Source: Octopus vulgaris (lineage: Eukaryota). From it: a DNA stretch of 64,000 nt. Shown here piece after piece: positions 1 to 13,495 of this stretch. The position numbers and the translations under genes are program-made. Below the pieces are notes generated by a model. It saw only the letters and a program-made list of their open reading frames with translations, was not told the origin of the DNA and did no database searches. The stretch is from positions 77,004,001-77,068,000 of the forward strand of contig OX597815.1 in NCBI GenBank assembly GCA_951406725.2. Reading direction: 5' to 3'. Positions within the stretch are counted from its first letter, which is position 1; each line of letters begins with the position of its first letter.

Positions 1-884
1 TTGAATTACAAGCAAATTCTCTGACACTGAATACCCACTCTTCAAAATTTATAGTACAGTTTTAAAATATTATCAAAACCTTTGCACTCACATACACCAT
101 TCAAAGTGAGTTTAAATGTTCTGCAGATGTGAATGTAGTTTTAGATATTCAATACAAAGACAAATTATATTTTTTTGAATAAATTTATTTGTTTAAACAT
201 TCATATCAGAATATTATTTTCCAATACTATCCGTTCAAAAATAACTCAATTGTTTAATTTAATTTTAATATGCTTTACTTCGACATAAAGATGAATCTTT
301 ATAACTATCATACTTTCTCTGATAGTACATATAAAGAATTAGTTTAGTGGAACTTTAATTACACTTTATTTCATATATGTTAATCAAAGTCGCTTTCTAC
401 ATATATGTATGTAACACAATTTATATAGATATTTTAGTACAATTTTATATTTGATAGGGAAGTGGAAGCCAACTTCTATTCACCTCACAGTATGTACTTC
501 TGTACGTCACTGCTATGAGTGTAGCTCTTGGAGAAATCAATAAAATAAGTACAAATTCTTTTGCAGTCGATTTGAAAACCTAAAACTTCTTCGCTAATGA
601 AAAATATTGCCTTTATATTTATGCAAAAGAAATCCTTAAATAATTTTCTGTAACAACTTTTTCTTTGAGATCTTTATTGGTATATCGGTATGATTGAAAT
701 GTCATTTGAATGTTGTTGCTTTAATTCTTGCATTATGTAGACAAGCCATGGAATGCTTACTCGGGAATGTTACACGAAAGACGAAAGCAATACATATATT
801 GCAAAATAACTGTTTATGATTTATATTTCAAATCTTTTCACATATTTCCATGGATAATTATATCAGTTTCTATCGGAATGAAGT

Positions 885-1172
885 GCTTGGATGCAGCTAG
901 TTAAAAGCTGACGATTTGGAACGGCTAATTGGATATTTAACCTGCTTTGGTCTCAGTTCTTTTGGGCGCTGGCGACAAACACATACGCGTAGAAATATAG
1001 GTATACAAACAAAAAGATTAAGAGAGAGAGAGAGAGAGAAAGAGAGGGAGAGAAAAAAGAGGGAGAAAGAACAAGAGAAAATATGAAATGCCTGATATCA
1101 AATAAGTCATCGTCGAATCAGTGACGCCAAATATTCAGCGCCAAAACGACTATGCCAGAATGCCGCACACCC
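885..1172. mobile_element. Degenerate dispersed repeat (non-autonomous DNA element-like); a related inverted copy lies at ~28600-29010
   Basis: GGATATTTAACCTGCTTTGGTCTCAGTTCTTTTGGGCGCTGGCGACAAACAC and AAATAAGTCATCGTCGAATCAGTGACGCCAAA resemble the reverse complement of ~28915-28965 and ~28627-28660; both copies have an internal AG/CT-rich core. Confidence 0.5.
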
Positions 1173-2204
1173 ATTTGTATTGCTACAGATACTTCTGATT
1201 TTATGTAGTCGTTTGTATAAAAGAAGAAAAACCAGTAGTCACTTTATTGAGTTCGGTTTTCAAGATTCACAGGCAATGTACGACATTTGATTTAAGTACT
1301 TAATACTTTTACATGAGATAAAATTTACCTTCCTCTATAAATCTAAACGGTATATATTTGTAATAAATCTTTTGCTCAAGACAAAAACTTACCTATTCTT
1401 AATACGTATATAAACGCATCAAGAGATATGCCAGCAGGTTCTTTAAAATTAAAAAAACAGTTGCATTGTCCTTACTTGATAATGTACAAGCAGTTAAATT
1501 GTATTCACATCATGTAGATAATATCACTGCATTGTGTATATAGCTGCAACAATATATTCCTGAAGAATACAATCAAACATTCTAGCAATATAGCTTTGGC
1601 ATAGCTATAGAGAAAATGGATATTGCTTTTTTAATGTCACGAAAGAAAGTATGTCAAAAAACCGATTGACTCAGTGGAAAGAATTTCAATTTAGAAGGTC
1701 AGGAATTACAAATGAAGAAGTCACGTTTATACAAGTTCTTAGAAGTGGTACTAAAGATAAGTTCTTTGTATATATAGCGATGTGATTCTTTGTATATTAT
1801 TGAAAGTAGAGAATAGGAAGAACTGGCGAACGCTGCAAACATTCCTTTAGAAACAAATATTTTGAACTTTTATACCAAAATCTCGGAAACGAAACATTAC
1901 AAAGCAACTGTAAAAAGATCTTATGTGTGCATGTGTGTGTATATGGGGGGGGGTGAATGTGCTCGGGATATTAGAGTTTTCTTTGTCGTGTTTGTACCGG
2001 TAATCGTAAAATATATATTCTGTTAAATATAGTTATTTGCAAATGCAATACGATAACCTTTGATCATATTTATTAAATCACAATATCAACACATGCTAAT
2101 AAGATATTTATATTCAATACCAGGTCTCAGGGTATAGCGGCTACAACTGAGATGTAAAATACCTTTCAGGGGTTATATATGCATGTATATACATATATGT
2201 ATTA

Positions 2205-2205
<1 letters not shown>

Positions 2206-2286
<81 letters not shown>

Positions 2287-2572
2287 TATTTATATATACA
2301 ACACATAAACACACCCATACACTCATAAACACACATACATGCACAAACATACTCACAAATATTTCATAAAAATATGTTTCATCTCCAACAAATATTATTC
2401 TATGATTGCAGGAATAGGAAAATTGCTATAAAATATTCTAAGTCATAATATTCGAATCCGAAGTGTTTTTATACCATAAATTGCAAGTGAGTGAAATCGT
2501 GCTTAATACATCAGTTGGTATGGGGAGGGTGTGTGTTTTCTGTGGTTCGATCCCTTATGTTGTTTAACTTCT

Positions 2573-2612
<40 letters not shown>

Positions 2613-2803
2613 TTCAGGGTTATGTATGTATGTATGTATGTATGTATGTATGTATGTATGTATGTATGTATGTATGTATGTATGTATATATGCATGCATG
2701 CATATATGCTTGTATATGTATTTATGTGTGTGAATGTGTGTGTGTCTGTGTGTATATGCATTCACATGCATGCTACATTTATATTCATATTATAGATATA
2801 TAG

Positions 2804-2867
<64 letters not shown>

Positions 2868-3106
2868 ATGAATATATTATATATAACTATGCCTAAGTAT
2901 ATATATATGTACATATACATGCATACACATGTATATGTACATGCCTGTGTGTATAAATGTGTCTATATATTTGTATATGTGTGTGTCTTTCAGTGTCTGT
3001 CTGTGAGTATGTAAGTATGTATGAATGTGCGCATATATATTTTGTATATCTATAAATACATACGTATCTATCTACGTACATGTATATATATATATATATA
3101 TATACA

Positions 3107-3181
<75 letters not shown>

Positions 3182-3240
3182 TCATGCATGCATCCATCCA
3201 TCTATTCATATACACATACATACATACTTACATACTTACA
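2206..3240. repeat. Compound microsatellite field: (CT)n, (TA)n, (TATG)n, (TACA)n
   Basis: Directly visible arrays. Confidence 0.95.
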
Positions 3241-4117
3241 TAATACCTGTATGCATGCATACATAAATATGGAAATATCCATACAAAAATGTATGTGTAT
3301 ATATGCGTTTTTATGACTCTAATTGTTTTGGTGCATATGCATACACATAATAAAAAACGTAAATGCTGCCTTGTAATATACAGATAGAATATTCTGTCAT
3401 TTATTTATTGCAAGATTTAATTATCATCACGAATGATTTGGACGAAAGTTCATAATCAAAGAATATCAAATAGAATATAGAATATGTATAGATTTCTGAA
3501 CCTACACAAAAGTAAATACGGGCGTATAAAAAATGTATAAAGGGGAATTTCTATAGTTGATTGCAGTCTACATTTTCTTTACAATTCACTGTTGTGAGTA
3601 TACATATAAATGTGTATATGTCCTTTATAGATACGCGCGCGCATGTGTGTATGTATACTTATAATTGTGTGTGTCTCTCTATCTGTGCATACCTATATAT
3701 ACATTCATACACATATATACTCTGTGTGTGTGTGTGTGTGTCTATATATAGATAGAGAGAGAGGGGGGAGAGAGAGAGAGACAGCAGAATGAATGAAAGA
3801 GGGAAATAGGGTAAGACAGAGAAAAATGGGGAACAATATTTCACAATTGTACTAGAAATAATTCTTTTGTACTAAGCGGTTATCGAGGGCTGTCACTGAA
3901 CCTGGGGAAACCAAGCTTAGATCAGCAGTATAATAATATATAAGTACGGCTAAAGCGAAGCGTTACTGGAAAATTATATCAAGCAATGTATTGAAATACA
4001 TACATAATACATTCTATATCCGAACACATTTGCGTCTGTAGCAGTCGGACATTCATAGAAGTGTGTGGATATGCGAAACCTTCGTCAGCGAAACCCAAAT
4101 ATAGTTGTGATCGTCAT

Positions 4118-4455
4118 TGTTGTTCTGTGTATGCTGTATAGTGAAATTGTACACCCTTCCCGCTAAAAAGTGGTAGTAGCCACCCATTATAAATAGACCA
4201 GTTAGCCAGTCGACGGAGAGGTCGAGTAGGTCAGAAGGTAGAAAGTACGTTAGACTGTGTTGATAGTCGTGTCTGTGTTGATATAGAAATTATATTGTGA
4301 TACTGAGTGGACGTTATATCGATCCATCCTTTTGAGAATAATAACACAGTACGATCCCCAGTCGTACAGTGTCAGACAGAACCATTCTATCAACGACTTC
4401 GGAATATAACAATATCTGTCAGAGCGACAACCTTAGTCAAAAGACAGATACAACA
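4118..4455 (+). mobile_element. 5' LTR of a gypsy (Mag-like) LTR retrotransposon
   Basis: Begins TGTTGT and ends ACAACA (inverted termini); followed after 1 nt by the PBS-like TGGCAACGAGG (4457-4467). Confidence 0.7.
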
Positions 4456-4689
4456 GTGGCAACGAGGAAGAGCAAATTTACGCGGAGGGAAAAAAAAACA
4501 TTCACACGGAGAGTTTAAACTAATTCACGTGGAAAATTAAATACCTCGACAAAAAAGAAACAAAAATCTTAAAATATGGAATACTCGTTAGCTGGGATAG
4601 TTGAGTTGCAAAAACGGCAACAACAACTCAAGGAACAATGAAAACAACAACAAGGATTCCAACAGCAAATGAAGTTGATAACCAATCTG

Positions 4690-5000
4690 GAGAATACATT
4701 TTCACCTGTCTATGTAGCAAATTCTATAAGCGAATTCAAATATGACCCCGAAGAAGAAGTAACCTTCGAGGCTTACCGTCGAATATTTCAATAAATTTTT
4801 GAAATAGAATGTCAGGATTGGACGTACGGAATGAAAATGCGTCTACTGTTAAGAAAACTAGCGACAGCAGAGCATGAGAAATATGGTAACTACATATTGT
4901 GCAAAACGTTTAGTGAAAAGAGATCACTAGATGGAAAGTTTAGTGAAAAGAGATCACTAGATGGAAAGTTTTAAACATAGAAAAGAGTGAAGATGAAGGC
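4690..5000 (+). pseudogene. Gypsy Mag-type gag N-terminal fragment (K02A2.6-like)
   Basis: Translation ANSISEFKYDPEEEVTFEAYRRIFQ*IFEIECQDWTYGMKMRLLLRKLATAEHEKYGNYIL...SEKRSL..RWKVLNIEKSED matches the F.YDP...TF..W/Y..R.......K.RLLLRKL....H..Y..YI gag motif. It has an internal stop and a 30-bp tandem duplication at 4909-4968. Confidence 0.75.
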
Positions 5001-5048
5001 ATAATGCAAGGGGTTAAGTAATGATAAAATGGGGGAAATGTTAGTTGG

Positions 5049-5521
5049 TGTAAGAAATAGGTAATAGATATAGTTGGGGGATACATTAAAAACTTAGGAA
5101 AAGTGTAAGAGGAGGGGGTTGGTTATTTGACTAACTACAAGAGCCTCAGTTATACCCAACAAGACGAACTATAAAAGGAGTAAGATGTATAACCTGCATT
5201 AAACTATTAGGGACCACTATTTGTATGTTGTGGTGTTATAGGTACTATTATGCGGTAGTGTAAGTATTTCTAGTGTTATTAAATTGTAAGAAATAGGTAA
5301 TAGATATGGGTGGGTAGGGAGTAACATTTAAGACTTAGGAAAAGGGAAAGAGGTGAGTTTAGTTATTTAACTACCTACAGGAGCCTCGACTATTCCTAAA
5401 CAGGACGAACTATAAAAGGGGTAAGATGTATAACCTGCATTAAACTATCTGGGGCTACTAATTGTATGCTGTAGAGTTATAAGTACTATTATGTGGAAGT
5501 ATAAGTATTTCTAGTGTTATT
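5049..5521 (-). repeat. Diverged ~237-bp tandem duplication (3' tail of the adjacent PLE)
   Basis: Two copies begin GTAAGAAATAGGTAATAGATAT (~5049, ~5286) and end AAGTATTTCTAGTGTTATT. Confidence 0.85.
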
Positions 5522-5930
5522 TATATTTATCGAAAGTAGACCTGCCTCTGTGCAGGCAAGCTACACTTCGCTCAACTCTCAGGTTCACTAACGGAATACG
5601 TGCTGTTAGAATATAAAAAAATTTCATTTATGCAAAGGTAACATTTTCTATTTTTTCCTTATACGAAGGTGCAGTAACGTGGATCTCCCAATTTAATGTG
5701 AAGCTAGTGTTACTATCTTTGAGCCCCCAAATTTTTCTACTTAAACCAGTCGAATTGATTAAGTTTCTCTTTCTATAAGAATGTTGGTGCGTGGCTAGTC
5801 TTCGTTTTATTTCATTTTAAGTTGCTCCAATATAACTCAATTTGCTAGACTGTGTTGTGACTGTGCTTTGATAAATAATGTCCTTAATTCTTTGTAACGG
5901 TTTTAACTTGTGACTTCGGTTCAAATTGTA
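5519..5930 (-). mobile_element. PLE GIY-YIG endonuclease fragment (Naiad-like)
   Basis: Minus-strand translation IIYQSTV..LSYIGAT*NEIKRRLATHQHS..STGLSRKIWGLKD..LNWEI..APSY..KCYLCINE..LVNLRVE...CLHR..KYK*. Confidence 0.8.
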
Positions 5931-6032
5931 ACTGACTAATTGTAGAGACCGCTGGACTTAGACTTGCCTCATTGTGATTCTCGGTATTAATCTTTGTGAG
6001 TAATTTTTTCTTTAGCACCCTACGTTTACTTG

Positions 6033-6281
6033 TACATTATTTACATTATTTACATTTGATGGATATTTGTCCTCATTTTGTTTGTTGTTAACACAGCTTT
6101 CGGTTGATATACCATCCAGCCTTCATCGGGTGTCTTGAAGAAATTTCGAACCTGGGTTCTCATTCCTAATATTTTTCGATATTATTATTATTATTATTAT
6201 TACTATTCAGGTCACTGCCTAGAATCGAACTCAGAATCTTGGGGTTAGTAGCCTGCGCTCTTAACCACCACGCCATATGCT
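6033..6281 (-). mobile_element. tRNA-headed SINE with an internal hammerhead-like motif
   Basis: Minus strand: A box TGGCGTGGTGG, B box GAGTTCGATTC, (TAA)n linker, then GACAC-CCGATGA-A-GGCTGG...TCAACC-GAAA-GCT-GTGTT, then a (TGTAAATAA)n tail. Confidence 0.7.
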
Positions 6282-7063
6282 CCGTTAGCATAGGTACTGC
6301 CCTTTGATAATCATGTTAGTATTTTCCTTATATACAGTTTCTTGACAACTTCTTTTTTAAATATCCTGACTGCCACTTCTAATTGCACCTACCCGTTAAT
6401 AAATTGTAGGATTCCCTACACCATTACTAGCTCACTCGTTTACTTACCGACCCTGTAGCTCCTGGAGGTAAATTATTTGCTCTTAACATATTGGGCTTCT
6501 AGACTATTTGTCTAAGCCATGTTTTCTTTCCTTTTCCTTCTTCCTTTTATTCATATTGTATGGTCTTCTTTTTCACTCTGATGAAGATCCGTTGCCTTAT
6601 TTCGAATGCCCTATGAAGATGAAGAATTTTATTCTTGCATTTATTTATAGTCTGCATTTTGGCAAACCGATCAGTAACGGCCGCAAGATATGTTACGTCA
6701 CCTATTTTGTTATGTCATGTTTTGTATTAAAAAATAAACTATAAATGTGATCCAATCGATGTGTTGGTTAATCTGTGGCTTTCTCCATTTTCTAATTATT
6801 TGCATTTGTTCCTGATAAATTCTTGTTTATCCTGTTGCTATTTGCACTCTACGTGTATATGGTGTGCCTGTACACCAACACCCGGGGTTAATACAGGTAA
6901 CGGATACCGATGGTATGTACAGATAATTTATCCCTTAGTCGATTACTATAACCGCTAACTCTTTATATATATATTATGGTGATGTACATGCATAGCAAGT
7001 GATTTTTTGATCGGAGATCGTGTGCTGAAACAAAAGCAATAGCAGCGCGGAAGGTTTTTATAA

Positions 7064-7122
<59 letters not shown>

Positions 7123-7359
7123 TTTTGGGATTCGGTTTACAAGATTCTTTATGTGAGTTCGTGTGTTGAAGCACATTTTGTTGTGCCTGGAGAGAGTCAT
7201 TCTCTTTTTGTGCCTTGTTATTTAACACACTCACCGGTTCAGTTTCCACTTCTTTACTTCTGTATTTTTTCTGAAATTTTCGTTGCGTCTTGCAACCTTT
7301 TCAATAGTCGTTGACTATGTCCGTTCCCCGAGCCACATTCTTTTTGTTTGTTTGTGCGC

Positions 7360-7400
<41 letters not shown>

Positions 7401-7402
<2 letters not shown>

Positions 7403-7615
7403 GTTTTAAGAGACAATCACCCTCAAGCAACTCAATCATCATTGAACGATGTTATCCACGATAGGTAAACATAATGTCATATATATGAGGTAGAATAAGA
7501 ATCGTAGATATTAATTTTAATAATTTTTAATATTTAGTCTTATATCTACCTATCGTGGATAATATCGTTCAATGATGATTGAGTTGCTTGAGGGTGATTC
7601 TCTCTCTCAAATCTA
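7401..7615. repeat. Foldback inverted repeat (~65-75 bp arms) adjoining (TA)n
   Basis: AATCACCCTCAAGCAACTCAATCATCATTGAACGAT.TTATCCACGATAGGTA is mirrored at ~7546-7599. Confidence 0.9.
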
Positions 7616-7880
7616 TCTACATATATGTATATAATACAGTGAATAATTCATTTTACTACCACTAAATTGAACTTCTCTCCCTTGTGGACGCGGAAATAGC
7701 TTCCCTAAAATTAATATTAATATATATATATATATATATATATAGACACGAGACACGTGTGTTTCGAATCACACATGTCTCGAGGTGCGCTGAAGATTTT
7801 TCTATTTTGGATATATTTGGGGTACTTAAGTCTGCTCGGGACATGGGTATGAGTAAGTATTTCATTTATATCTCGCGTAT

Positions 7881-7941
7881 TTGCCGCTGAAGAGGGGAAA
7901 ATTTCTTGTGAATTAACCCCGAAATTGGACCAAAACGGTAA
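7881..7941 (+). ncRNA. Type I hammerhead ribozyme motif (U16.1 changed to A)
   Basis: TTGCCG-CTGAAGA-GGGG..CCCC-GAAA-TTGG-A-CCAA-AA-CGGTAA; stems I, II and III all pair. Confidence 0.7.
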
Positions 7942-8129
7942 TAACGAATTTTTTGGAGATTTCTATCGGTTTGTTTCGAGACACATACATTTAATGGTTA
8001 TCGACAATATTTTGTTTCGGCGTGTCTGGCATTAGAATTTTTCTTCTGCCCTAATCTTGTAAATTATGTATAAATTTTACCTTTAAAGGCATTTTTTGAT
8101 ATGCTGGCCATTGATAAAATTTTTTGAGA

Positions 8130-8765
8130 GCCTCCTGTGATATGTGGCACTTGGTGAATAAGGGAGTTTGATGTCGCTGCCATCATTTGCGCCTCCTGCC
8201 GTGAGGTAGATTCATCTGGGACTCACGACAAGCAGAGATTCAGTTTTGATTTGAAGACACCTACATCTACTTTGTGTTGGTCCCTCATGCTTTTTGGGAG
8301 AATATTAAAAAGCTGTGGGCCCCTAAAACCCAGGCTGTTGCAGTAACTGATCCTGAAGCGTGACGGCATTGCTGGGATATTTGGCACTGTGCAGTGTCGA
8401 TCCGTCCTGGTATTTGTGTAGCATTCAATGCCACAATTTGGCACAATTCCTTCCAGGATCTTCCAGAAGTATATTACTGCATATCTCTCCCGCCTTCACT
8501 CCAAGGAATAGAGTCTTAGCTGCTTCAGTCTTTCCCAGTAGCTGAACTGTTGCAATGAGACGATCTTTGTGAAGCTTGACTGGATTGCTTCAAGTTCCGC
8601 TGTTAATTTTACACTGAGTGGTGACCATAGCTGGGAGCAGTAGTGCACGCGGCCCAGGATGAATGTCCTCCAGATAACCATCATAGTTTCCTTTTCTCTG
8701 GTTCTGAAGGTTCTCAGGATCCAGCAAGCCGTCTGCACTTCGTCACCATCTTGGTAATATGCCTC
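8130..8765 (-). mobile_element. CR1-group LINE 3' fragment (RT C-terminus)
   Basis: WILRTFRTRE..YCSQLWSP..LEAIQ..SYWERLKQLRLYSLE*RRERY..GPQLFNILPK..FKSKL. Confidence 0.85.
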
Positions 8766-9227
8766 CATTGGCCACCACTGTATGATTTCTATATATATAT
8801 ATATATACCAAAAGGATGTGTTATAATACTATTCCACAGTTATACCAACAATCCATCATACATACATCATCAGCTGACCCACGAATATCATTATGGTTTC
8901 GACACCTGGGCAGTACCGTTCAAACCGGCAGTGTCAGCAGCACTAAAATAAGTGTTGTTCGGGAACAAACAAACAAAAGAAGCCACAACTTTCAAACACA
9001 TTTACCTTATGCACAACCGTATCGATAAATAAATTCAATAAGTAAATTAAAACCACTCCTAATACGTAACTAAACAGCGGCAACTCTATTAAGTCATACA
9101 AAAATTATAATCCCCACCGTCTTCCGCAGTTATATATAAATATGGGGGTATCAATGAAGAGAGAAGGTACGTAAGAACGAAGAGAGGAAGTAGGTATCAG
9201 ATGAAGAAAAGAGAGGAGTTAATCCCT

Positions 9228-9430
9228 ATTTCTTTACTACCCACAAGGGGCTAAACATAGAGGGGACAAACAAGGACAGACAAACGGATTAAGTCGATTA
9301 CATCGACCCCAGTGCATAACTGGTACTTAATTTATCGACCCCGAAAGGATGAAAGGCAAAGTCGACCTCGGCGGAATTTGAACTCAGAACGTAACGGCAG
9401 ACGAAATAACGGCTACGCATTTTGCCGCTA
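9228..9430 (-). mobile_element. tRNA-derived SINE with Meta-like core (5' truncated)
   Basis: Closely matches the reverse complement of 50165-50398; core GTCGACTTTGCCTTTCATCCTTTCGGGGTCGATAAATTAAGTACC. Confidence 0.85.
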
Positions 9431-9435
9431 CGTTC

Positions 9436-10437
9436 TTCAACTTTTGCACCATATGGTGCAAATGAGCGAAGAGAGAAGATTATTTCTGTTCACGGCGAAG
9501 GCGGGAATTCGAATGACCCCGTGCAAAAACAGTCCGAACACAGATATGTTGTAGTGAATGGCTGGTAAAGCAGAAATGGCGCGAGACTGGTGTGTCATTC
9601 TCGAGTCTCATGTCTCAGAGGTGCTCCGCGAACCGGCGTCCCATTTGACCGATGTACAGAGAAGGGCAGAAAGGGCAGGAGATGCAGTAAATGACATTAC
9701 TGGGAGTGCAGATAAAGGAGTTGGTGATGCGATAGGGACGATGATGAGTATCTGTGAGGATGGTAGTTTTGGAGAGGTAGGGACACGTACGGCAGCATGA
9801 GCGGGAGCAGGGGAATGAGCCAGGCTGGGAAGTGGGGTTAGGGAAAAAACTGTCACGCTGGTTGTGTGCTCATTTGAAGGAAGGACGGGGTAGGTTGGGG
9901 AAGATATGCTAGGTAGAGGGGTCGGACTGGAATCGCCGGAAGGCTCGGAGAATGGTGCGCTGGATGGGAAGGATGGAGAGGTGGTAGGTGAGGAAAAACA
10001 GGGAGACGGGCAACAGCAGAGCGGGGTGGGGAGACAGAGCAGAGGCACAGTCCACGGAACGTGCCCTGGCAAGGGAAGTGTGGATAGGGGTGAGGGGATA
10101 TCCACGAAGGATGAAGCGGCACGCCATGAGTTGAGTGTGAATCTCAAAGTCACTGCAGATCCTGCGCAGACAGAGGAATTGGGTGTAGGGAATATAGAGT
10201 TTGGTATAGGTAGGGTGGGAAGATGAGGAGAGATTAAGGTAGGAGTGTGAGCCGGTGTGTTTGCAGTGAATGGAGATAGTGAGAGCGAAGTGGTGTATGT
10301 TGACAGAAATGTTAAGAAATGCGACGGAAGAATAAGAAATAGTTCAAGAGAATTCGAGGACAGGATGGAAGGATAGGACAAAAGAGAGGAAAGAGTCTAG
10401 TTGTTTGCGGTAGAGTGCGGTCGCTCCGATACAGTCA
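9436..10437 (-). mobile_element. PLE (Neptune-like) RT C-terminus, Cys linker and GIY-YIG; pseudogenized
   Basis: Minus-strand pieces [26 protein letters not shown]; IPYTQFLCLRRICSD; FILRGYP; FLTYH; PCSRSCCRTCPY; NVIYCISCPFCPSLYIGQMGRRFAEHL; RREQK..FAPYG. Confidence 0.85.
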
Positions 10438-10474
10438 TATATATATATATATATATATATATGTTTATATATAC

Positions 10475-11710
<1,236 letters not shown>

Positions 11711-11766
11711 GTTTGCCCCAGCATGGCCACAGCTCATAAGCTGGAACTAGAATCAATCAATCAATC

Positions 11767-11859
<93 letters not shown>

Positions 11860-11865
11860 CATATA

Positions 11866-12285
11866 GGCGCAGGAGTGGCTGTGTGGTAAGTAGCTTGCTT
11901 ACCAACCACATGGTTCCGGGTTCAGTCCCACTGCGTGGCATCTTGGGTAAGTGTCTTCTGCTATAGCCCCAGGCCGACCAATGTCTTGTGAGTGGATTTG
12001 GTAGACGGAAACTGAATGAAGCCTGTCGTATATATGTATATATACACATATGTATGTGTGTGTATATGTTTGTGTGTCTGTCTTTGTCCCCCCCCTAGCA
12101 TTGCTTGACAACCGATGGTGGTGTGTTTACGTCCCCGTCACTTAGCGGTTCGGCAAAAGAGACCGATAGAATAAGTACTGGGCTTACAAAGAATAAGTCC
12201 CGGCGTCGATTTGCTCGACTAAAGGCGGGGCTCCAGCATGGCCGCAGTCAAATGACTGAAACAAGTAAAAGAGTAAAAGAGTAAA
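11866..12285 (+). mobile_element. Full-length tRNA-derived CORE-like SINE (octopus OR-type)
   Basis: A box TGGCTGTGTGG, B box GGTTCAGTCC, core CTTGGGTAAGTGTCTT, tail CCAGCATGGCCGCAGTC...(GTAAAAGA)n. Confidence 0.85.
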
Positions 12286-12327
12286 AAAGTATATAAATAA
12301 TATATATAATATATATATAACATATAT

Positions 12328-12399
<72 letters not shown>

Positions 12400-12597
12400 T
12401 ATACATACAATATATATTATACATAAAATATTTTATAATTATATACATAATTATAACAAAGGACCTGCTTTACGCCTCACCACGCACTGCAAAAAATAGA
12501 AGCTAAAAGCCCCTATTACCACCTTAACATCTCCGAGAATAATACACTATACTGCAGGCAAGCAAAAGAAAAATAATGAATCAACAAGGCTGGATAA

Positions 12598-12660
12598 CTG
12601 TGTATACGATCGAATTTCAAGCTTAAGGAAATATTTTACCTACTGCTTTCATCAATACAG
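12598..12660 (-). ncRNA. Degenerate hammerhead motif
   Basis: Minus strand: CTGTA-TTGATGA-AAGC...GCTT-GAAA-TTCGATCG-TA-TACACAG. Confidence 0.5.
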
Positions 12661-12805
12661 TACTCCATAAGATAAATTCACGAGTATCTCAAAATATGCA
12701 TACGATCAAACGACATCGTATGACCAATATTTCTTAACATGTTGTTTACACAGTTTGTGACATCCTGTATCCATATATGCACATTTACATATATATATCT
12801 ATGTT

Positions 12806-12840
<35 letters not shown>

Positions 12841-12931
12841 TGCCATTAATAATCGACGACAACGCATCGTAGCTCCTAGCCCCAGCATTTGTAACTCCGA
12901 GTACTATTATGACAACTTACTGATTGTTCTA

Positions 12932-12962
<31 letters not shown>

Positions 12963-13175
12963 TGTATATACAAGACCAGATATAAATATTCTTTATTGTT
13001 GTAAATTCGACTTACAACTGTTTCCGATAATCATTATAGGTTCGTTCATTGATCGGTTTACTCAATCAGTACATTGATCGGTTGAGAAAAGTTGAACGAC
13101 CTTAAAGAATTACAGCTATCCTTATCAGAGTCAAAGTAAAATGATATGCGCGCATACACACACACATACACAGTG

Positions 13176-13495
<320 letters not shown>

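Noticed and set aside
4060-4095. CTGACGA on the minus strand
   Set aside because: No closing stem II plus GAAA was found.
5533-5570. Hairpin CCTGC..GCAGG
   Set aside because: It lies inside the PLE endonuclease coding end (CLHRGR) and is incidental.
7275-7320. CTATTGA-AAAG-GTTGC-AAGAC-GCAAC-GAAA hairpin (minus strand)
   Set aside because: There is no stem III, NUH site or stem I.
8868-8950. Minus-strand hammerhead-like CTGCTGA..GTGTC-GAAA-CC..GGGTC
   Set aside because: The core is altered and stem I does not pair convincingly.
9608-10381. 257-aa Ser/Pro-rich ORF
   Set aside because: It is an alternative frame of the C-rich PLE strand; the RT/EN motifs are in other frames.
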